Source of the DNA: a virus
IMG/VR virus record: IMGVR_UViG_3300022902_000004
Coordinates: 1-62,267 of that record
Reading direction: 5' to 3' (one strand)
Length of the DNA: 62,267 bases
In this document: piece by piece, positions 55,802 to 62,267 of the stretch
Layout: the number at the start of each line of letters is the position of its first letter
Numbering within the stretch: position 1 is the stretch's first letter
Notes under the pieces: model-generated
Database searches by the model: none
What the model was told of the DNA's origin: nothing
What the model saw: the letters and a program-made list of their open reading frames with translations, nothing else
Translations under genes and position numbers: made by a program

Positions 55802-56911
55802 TTACCCGTAGGAGTTGAATGCCTGGTTTCCTGCCTGATCGGCAACATCATCCCAGGATATGTCACCGTTTTTCCATGAAGTGTATAGCTCAAACGCAGC
55901 TTCAGTACCACCCGGATACAATTCACCGAGTACCTCGTTTTCAAGGGTGTCTAAAAATGCATTGAACCCACCGCCAATATCAGGCTCTTGTCCAAAATTC
56001 ATGTATAGGTCTTTCCTTGAAAATGCCTCGTTGATCACCCTCTGCAACTTTTTCTTTGTAATCTTCATAATCTTCTGTCTCCGTGATTCGTAAATCTCAT
56101 GGTGCTTGAACCTCAATAAGTATTTCCTGATTTTCTTTATGAGTTTCGCCGTAAAATCGCTCTCCGGATTTTCATTGAAGAATTCCTCAAAGTTCGACCC
56201 GAAATTGACATGCGGATCAAACTTGAATGCGCCACCTGATGAGAACGTGTTGAGGTATTTCAGCGAACGCTCGACGCCAAGTTCCGCAGCCATCCTCTCA
56301 GCAAACTCATGGCCGAATGCATCGAGCTCGATATGAGAACCTAGATATGCTGATCGAGGAGAATCATGACCAGGAATCAATCCCCAATCAATGAATTTCT
56401 GTTTTGCGTTGGCTTTTGAAATGCCCATACGACTGGCAACTTTGTTGTATTGCTCATCATGGACAAGTTCATGGCGGATTGTAGTCGAGATATCGTTGGC
56501 TATTTTTTTGGGTTTTGTGAGCTTTGAATCAAAATCAAATGTGGATTCGACAGCATACAAGATAAGCAGCATTTCCTGCTTTTTTGTCAAATCGGCAGCA
56601 GCTGACACAACAAATGTGTCCGGATCCTCATTCGACTGTCGTCTTTCTCGCCCAGGAGGCAAATCTTCAGCGTCGAGTGTTACAACAACAATCTTTACTG
56701 GTGCTCCAACATCACTAAAATATTTTTGGAGAGTATCCTGGAGTTTTCGTGAGGCGTCTGTCTGAAAATAGCCCGACCCATATGCCCGAGAGTTTCGCAA
56801 TTCCGTATCGACATTATCCTGCTCCCAAAACCTTGATGTCTCGATAACGGACTCAAGATCGTGGTAAAAAGGTGCCGGAATTGGAAGTTTGTGTGAAACT
56901 TGCTCACGCAT
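55802..56911 (-). CDS. HExxH protein with internal leader motif
   Basis: RHELVH..ELDAF; MKITKKKLQRVINE at ~56068. Confidence 0.65.
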   Translation of the reverse strand: MREQVSHKLPIPAPFYHDLESVIETSRFWEQDNVDTELRNSRAYGSGYFQTDASRKLQDTLQKYFSDVGAPVKIVVVTLDAEDLPPGRERRQSNEDPDTFVVSAAADLTKKQEMLLILYAVESTFDFDSKLTKPKKIANDISTTIRHELVHDEQYNKVASRMGISKANAKQKFIDWGLIPGHDSPRSAYLGSHIELDAFGHEFAERMAAELGVERSLKYLNTFSSGGAFKFDPHVNFGSNFEEFFNENPESDFTAKLIKKIRKYLLRFKHHEIYESRRQKIMKITKKKLQRVINEAFSRKDLYMNFGQEPDIGGGFNAFLDTLENEVLGELYPGGTEAAFELYTSWKNGDISWDDVADQAGNQAFNSYG

Positions 56912-56912
56912 T

Positions 56913-57617
56913 TTAGTCTCCGTATGGGCTGTCTGTGATGTCCATTACATCCGCAACATCCACCACACCTTCCATTGTCTCTAGTGCTTCGGTGAAAATC
57001 GAGAATATGTCGGTTCCAATTTGTGCCGACTCAGCAGCCTTGATTCCGCCTAGGATACCTTCGCCGGCCGCGATGAGCTTGTCGCTGTGCTTCAATGCAT
57101 CATAAAGACCGATGCCGGTAAGGGTAGCCGCCGTGCCGAGCAAAACACCAAACATAACGTTCGCAACCAATGCTTGTTTTTCCTTTTTGACACCCATTTT
57201 GCCGGCGAGTTTCTCAAGTGATCCGATGTAGAAGTGATGAATTGAATGCGAAATATCGAAGAACGTTTGCCCTTCTTTTTCTGGGTCAACATTTGCACCG
57301 AGTTTCTTCAAAATCTTGGCGATGCCTTTGGCTGTGTAACCCAGAAGCTTTGCGATTCCTGCAGCAGACACAAGACCACCGAAAATTGTGGCACCAACGC
57401 TCTCATCCAAGTCGTCGTGAGGTTCGTCTTCAATCTTGTTCACACCGGCAGCCATTTTTTGGGCGAGGTTTTTGAACTCTCTTTCTGCCTGCGCTACCGC
57501 CGAATCATCCTTGGCTTCTGCCAATCGCTGACGGACAGCCGCAACTCGGAGCTGCGACCTAATCTTCCATTCGATTTGTTGTTCGTTCAATATTGTCATT
57601 TGATCATCCTGTTGCAA
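56913..57617 (-). CDS. Hypothetical protein with hydrophobic helices
   Basis: RLAE and LDE candidate cleavage sites, TM-like segments. Confidence 0.6.
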   Translation of the reverse strand: MQQDDQMTILNEQQIEWKIRSQLRVAAVRQRLAEAKDDSAVAQAEREFKNLAQKMAAGVNKIEDEPHDDLDESVGATIFGGLVSAAGIAKLLGYTAKGIAKILKKLGANVDPEKEGQTFFDISHSIHHFYIGSLEKLAGKMGVKKEKQALVANVMFGVLLGTAATLTGIGLYDALKHSDKLIAAGEGILGGIKAAESAQIGTDIFSIFTEALETMEGVVDVADVMDITDSPYGD

Positions 57618-57629
57618 AGAAAGCGGGCA

Positions 57630-58091
57630 TTATTTTTTGTGATGATCGAGATACCGGCTTACCGACCGCAGCATTTCCTGTGATTTTGCAATTTTGCGTT
57701 CGCACCACATTGGAATGCTAGGCACAGACGCAACCTGATAGCGCATCCGTTTTGCGTCGGTCATAATCTTCTTCAATGACGAGCTCGTGATTGCCTCAGT
57801 TATGGGTGACGTTCTTGTATATGGCTGCTCAGGATACAGGTTCTCAGTCTCTTCGTCTGGGGTGTACAAATTTTGAGCCCTCAAACGGTTTTGCTCGTAT
57901 TTGATATGCTGAATTACCTGTTCAGCCATATACAAGTCACACCCATGATTTATCATCAAGTCCGACTCTTCAAGCTCTAACAACTCGAGGAGCTCTTCGA
58001 CCGTGAGTGGAGCTTGGCTCAATGCCTTGACGACTGCCAACTCAACATCTTTTTTTGCCTCGGACAATATCTTTCTATTTTTTGCGCGCAT
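57630..58091 (-). CDS. Hypothetical protein
   Basis: N-terminal KILSE, internal PITE. Confidence 0.6.
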   Translation of the reverse strand: MRAKNRKILSEAKKDVELAVVKALSQAPLTVEELLELLELEESDLMINHGCDLYMAEQVIQHIKYEQNRLRAQNLYTPDEETENLYPEQPYTRTSPITEAITSSSLKKIMTDAKRMRYQVASVPSIPMWCERKIAKSQEMLRSVSRYLDHHKK

Positions 58092-58144
58092 TATTTCACC
58101 TGGTTCCTTTATACATATCGGCCTGGGCGAACTAATGCCACATG

Positions 58145-58396
58145 TTATTCGGCGTGCTCGATGCCAAACTCATTCTCAAGCATAAGCAAAACCTGATCAT
58201 AGTCGTTACTCTCTTGCGGCTTGAGCTTGGCCTTTCGTTTCGCAGATGCCAACGCGGCGCGAAACACCTTTGGCTCTACACGATCCTTGAACTCAGCCAA
58301 GACCTCTTTCTTATCCTCCCGGAGGAGAGCAATCTCGTTATCAATTGTTTGCCATCGTTCGAACAGCGTCTTTACATCTTCAGTTACCATTTTCAT
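58145..58396 (-). CDS. GapR/T4 DsbA-like DNA-binding protein
   Basis: IDNEIALLREDKKEVLAEFK..PKVFRAAL. Confidence 0.55.
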   Translation of the reverse strand: MKMVTEDVKTLFERWQTIDNEIALLREDKKEVLAEFKDRVEPKVFRAALASAKRKAKLKPQESNDYDQVLLMLENEFGIEHAE

Positions 58397-58983
58397 TCCT
58401 TTTTCTTGAGTGTGCCAAGCCTATAAAAAGTGCTATGCTTGACAAAAAATTAACCAATATCAAATTAGCCGGGTAGTCATTTACAACATTATGCACCAAC
58501 ATCACGGTATTTACCGCAATCCCTGCCACGATGACACCTTGCAATATTTTATGTAACTTCTTCAAGGTTATCTTTATGTGCAAGAACATGCAGGCTCGTA
58601 TAAACCATTACAACAAATATGTCATCAGTCCTAGATTCAATCACTGTCACCGGCGTAGGTTCGCTACATGTATACCGGCCGCCTTTACGGGAGTCGATAT
58701 AAAGACCGGGACGCATCATGAGGATGTCACCCTTTTTTAGGGGTTTTTTCGGCAGGCGAGGGCTTCGCAATGTTTTTGCGAGACTTCTTAGGTGCTGTGT
58801 ATACCTTTGTTTTGCCAGCACGATCCTTCCGTACATTTGAAAAGTGCTCATCCAGTTTTCCATCCTCAGGAAGCTCAATCGCTCTAGACTCAAAAAACTT
58901 GATTGCGTCCTTCTTGTTTGCGACGCCCTTCAAAAACGCCGCCAGCGAAACGCGCCTACGTTTCGAAAAATATTCCCACTTCA

Positions 58984-59268
58984 TTACACCTTCTCCTCAT
59001 TGATCAATGTTGCAATACTCATCTGAAAATGAGGGTTGCGAGCAATTTCCATAAGTTGCTCATCATTTACCTTGATTGAATGTGCTTCACAAAGCGGGCC
59101 TGCAATCTTCTTCATTGCAGACAGCAACACATTCCTGACATTTGACGGACCGATTTTCATGCCATTCTCAGTGCATGTCGCCGCAATCTGCCGATAGTTT
59201 TTGCTTGACGGAATCGATGAAACCGAGCTGTACCCGTTCTCAAACTTCTTCCCTTTAGGCATTACCAT
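58984..59268 (-). CDS. Hypothetical HTH-like protein
   Basis: YRQIA..SNVRN..AMKKI; follows sigma gene. Confidence 0.5.
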   Translation of the reverse strand: MVMPKGKKFENGYSSVSSIPSSKNYRQIAATCTENGMKIGPSNVRNVLLSAMKKIAGPLCEAHSIKVNDEQLMEIARNPHFQMSIATLINEEKV

Positions 59269-59974
59269 TTTCACTCTCCTTATCTTCCGTGAGACCAAAA
59301 CGCATCATGATGATGGTTCGTTCACGTGGTGTTAGCGTTGCTAACGTCTTTGCGATTGTTTGTGCCAATCGATTATTATCAATTTTGTCCTCAACACTTT
59401 CTTCCTGACTTGGCAGAACATCTTTCAACGTTCGTGCACCTGAATCATCCGAAAACATTGGTGTGTCAAAGGACCTAGGTCGAGCTGCAGACTGCCGCAG
59501 TGACCGAAGAGTTTCCACGGTGGTGCCGAATGACTCAGCAACCTCTTCGTTCGATGGCTTGCGCCCGAACTCCGATTCATACTCCTTTTCGAACACCGAG
59601 ATTTTCCATAGCTTCGAAAATGTATTCGAAGGGAGGGCAATCGGTCCTGTGTTCGACGCAACAAATTGTCGCAACGCCTGCTGGATCCACCAGAATGCGT
59701 ATGTTGAAAACTTGAAACCTCGGCGCCAGTCAAACTGGTCCACCGCTTTCGTCAATCCGATGATCGACTCCTGCACCAAATCATCAGTATCGAGACCGCG
59801 ATTGGTGTACTTCTTTACAACACTAAGTGCCAAACGTAAGTTTGCCTTGATCATTCTGTCGCGGGCTTTTTGATCGCCTTTTTCAATCCGTTTGGACAAC
59901 TCGACCTCTTCTTCACGGGTCAGAAGTGGTTCAGATGCAATGTGATTATAGATGCTGAATGACGTGTTTTTCAT
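59255..59974 (-). CDS. RNA polymerase sigma-70 family factor
   Basis: LLTREEE, ANLRL, DLVQE..GL..AV..FD..RGFKFSTYA.WWI.Q, LTPRE..RFGL. Confidence 0.95.
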   Translation of the reverse strand: MKNTSFSIYNHIASEPLLTREEEVELSKRIEKGDQKARDRMIKANLRLALSVVKKYTNRGLDTDDLVQESIIGLTKAVDQFDWRRGFKFSTYAFWWIQQALRQFVASNTGPIALPSNTFSKLWKISVFEKEYESEFGRKPSNEEVAESFGTTVETLRSLRQSAARPRSFDTPMFSDDSGARTLKDVLPSQEESVEDKIDNNRLAQTIAKTLATLTPRERTIIMMRFGLTEDKESENGNA

Positions 59975-60193
59975 AAACTTCCTTATGCTTTGTGACCGCG
60001 GTTTTGAGCCTCAGCCTGCAAATACGAAACCTCTTCTTCGGCGACCCGGGTTTTCCGGCGTGCCTTGCGAGATTTGTAGATGATCTGCTTCATCGTCCTA
60101 ATTTCCTGATGAAGCTGGTTATCGTCCATTTTTGCGATTTGCTCGTTGCTGAACAGTGTTACATCGTAGTTCATATTTTGTTCCCAAGTAGAT

Positions 60194-61807
60194 TTATACA
60201 TTATCAAAAAACGAAGCACTAGAGGTGTTCACATCCTCCATTGCTATTATACACCCAATTGACAGCAGATTACACGCGACTGACAAAGAATGTTCCACCG
60301 CAGACACAATTACTGCGTGCGGATCTAAAATTCCCAGTTCAAACATGTCACCATATTTGTCATTTTTCCCATCGTAACCGTGTGTGTCCGGGATTCTTCG
60401 TACTTTTTGTACAACCAAATCGGCGGACACCCCACAGTTTTCTGCGATTTGTCGTATTGGTGCCTCCATTGCTGTCAAGAATGCCTGTGCTCCAACACCA
60501 TATGCGCCATGTGGCTTGAAACACTTGCGACCTTGAGTTTTCTTCTTCGCTCGTGTCAAGGCGACGCCGCCGCCCGGCTGAACACCTTCTTTCAACGCAA
60601 CTCGTGAAGCATGCAATGCATCGTCAACACGATCTCGTCGCTCTTTCATTTCTGATTCCGTTGCACCGCCGACCTGAAGCACAGCAATACCGTCACTCAG
60701 TCGCCGGGCTCGTCGCTCAGCAATTTTCTTGTCGTCCAATGTGGCAGCCGGGTCATCCAAAATGCTTCGGGCATGATCCTGCTTCTCTTTCACATCATCA
60801 GTTTGCTGTGTCCCGAACAAAAGCGTTGTCCTATTCGTGATTGTAGCCTTCTTGACCTTGCCCAAGACTTCGTCGAGCTGTCCGGGTGTGAGAGTTGCAT
60901 TTGCATCCGTAACCACCTTCGCTCCAACGAGTGATGCAAGATCCTGCAAAGCCGTTACCCTTGCTGATGCAAACTCCGGGGACTTGATGACACAAACATT
61001 GAGATTGGCCTTGATACGATTCAGGACGAGAGCCTGGAGGGCTTCTCCGCCGACGGCATTGCAAACAATTAGCAATGCAGATTTCCGCTGTGCAATCCTT
61101 TCAAGCGCTGAAACAATTCCTGAGAGCGAAGTCACATCATCATTGATGATGAGGATCTCCGGTTCATCCAGCTCTGCAACCTGCTTCACAGGATCAGTCG
61201 CGAAGTATGGGCTTTCATATCCTCGGTCGAGGTATGTTCCGTCCACTACATTCAGCGTCGTCTCATATCCTTTTGCTTCCTGGACAGATACCGCGCCGTC
61301 AGCGCCAACACGAATGATTGCCTCGCTGATTAGTTTGCCTAGGTCTGCATCTCCATTGGCTGAAATGGTTGCTACCGCCGCCAGTCTGTCATTTGTGATT
61401 TTTACTTTCGTTTTTTCTAGCTCTGTAAGCACCGCTTCCGCAGCATCACGCATCCCAGCAAGGACATCCACAGTCGAGTGACCAGCAACGATGACCTTAT
61501 CACCCTGCTTGATTATCTCCTGCGACAAAATTGTGGCCGTAGTGGTTCCGTCTCCGGCCACCGCCGCCGATCGTTGTGCCGCCTCTCTAACAAGGGCTGC
61601 GCCGATGTTTTCATAGACGTCAGGCAACGAAATCGCATTGGCGACCGTAACACCATCCTTTGTCAGGTGCGGCGTTTGTCCGTCAAGACAAATTGCGACA
61701 GTCTTACCCATCGGCCCCAAAGTGATCCTTACGGCAGATGCGAGCTTTTCGACACCAATCAGCAGCTTCTCGCGAGCGTCTTGGTCAAAAATCATATCCG
61801 TTTTCAT
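60194..61807 (-). CDS. groEL: Chaperonin GroEL (phage-encoded)
   Basis: TLGP.G, TKDGVTVA, GDGTTTAT, DRGY.SPYF, GGG. Confidence 0.95.
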   Translation of the reverse strand: MKTDMIFDQDAREKLLIGVEKLASAVRITLGPMGKTVAICLDGQTPHLTKDGVTVANAISLPDVYENIGAALVREAAQRSAAVAGDGTTTATILSQEIIKQGDKVIVAGHSTVDVLAGMRDAAEAVLTELEKTKVKITNDRLAAVATISANGDADLGKLISEAIIRVGADGAVSVQEAKGYETTLNVVDGTYLDRGYESPYFATDPVKQVAELDEPEILIINDDVTSLSGIVSALERIAQRKSALLIVCNAVGGEALQALVLNRIKANLNVCVIKSPEFASARVTALQDLASLVGAKVVTDANATLTPGQLDEVLGKVKKATITNRTTLLFGTQQTDDVKEKQDHARSILDDPAATLDDKKIAERRARRLSDGIAVLQVGGATESEMKERRDRVDDALHASRVALKEGVQPGGGVALTRAKKKTQGRKCFKPHGAYGVGAQAFLTAMEAPIRQIAENCGVSADLVVQKVRRIPDTHGYDGKNDKYGDMFELGILDPHAVIVSAVEHSLSVACNLLSIGCIIAMEDVNTSSASFFDNV

Positions 61808-62034
61808 CCGAGCAGCACCCTCTTGTTTTCATTCAGCTTCAAAATCTCATTCACTTTACCCAAGATTCGGCGGGCGGATGACGTAACGTTTTCTGCAACA
61901 AGCAAATCGCCCGTGACATATGCTGTCTCTGTCTCCTTGACCAGCCCTCTCTTGCGTAGCTCTGTAATTTGAGCGAGCTTCAAATGAGTTCGCGTTGTGA
62001 CCACCTGGCCACGGGAATCTTTATCTTGCAACAT
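61804..62034 (-). CDS. Hypothetical protein
   Basis: Coupled to groEL start; GDLLVAENV. Confidence 0.5.
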   Translation of the reverse strand: MLQDKDSRGQVVTTRTHLKLAQITELRKRGLVKETETAYVTGDLLVAENVTSSARRILGKVNEILKLNENKRVLLG

Positions 62035-62267
62035 ACTTTCCTCCTGATTCTGAGAACCTTTGTTCCCATCCGGCCCACGCTTTTCCAATAATCGACTTGA
62101 ACTCCCTATTTGAGAACTCAGTGAAAAGCTGCGTTGCATCGAAATCTGATTGTTCGACATGCATCCGCTCGTCCGGAACGTCTTTTAGTTTGATGACAGC
62201 ATATGATGTATCGAATGCCTCTCGTCTACCTGGCTTCGCATCAAGATACTCATTCATAAGTGTTGGG

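Noticed and set aside
1-62267. CRISPR array, rRNA, IS/transposase
   Set aside because: No regularly spaced repeats or rRNA-like sequence seen. The TnsA-like nucleases lack TnsB/C partners and terminal repeats.

Overview
Tool-free reading: a segment of a large (jumbo-like) tailed-phage genome, almost entirely on the minus strand. The left ~39 kb is a tRNA mega-array. It holds about 38 tRNA genes covering all 20 amino acids, including a tRNA-Lys(UUU) split by a 58-nt anticodon insertion, about 10 aberrant tRNA-like RNAs and several other structured ncRNAs. Interspersed are 10 free-standing endonuclease genes (PD-(D/E)xK, HNH, GIY-YIG), five of which end inside the next tRNA gene. Also interspersed is a large family of genes sharing an N-terminal 'MKITKRxLRxLIRE'-type leader (candidate capsid-targeting signal), some carrying ART-like, Nudix, GNAT, nuclease or HExxH domains. 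The window encodes an RNA-repair toolkit, mostly on the right: four ligase-fold proteins, a PNK-like kinase, HAD and calcineurin-like phosphatases, a Thg1-like polymerase, a nucleotidyltransferase and EndoV. The right part also has ThyX, a sigma-70 factor and GroEL. A truncated major-vault-protein-like gene starts the window. Two recurrent promoter motifs are seen (GTGTAAA-N~15-TGnTATAAT and ATAYTTA), plus rrn-like boxA leaders. All calls come from motif recognition and hand folding, not database searches.
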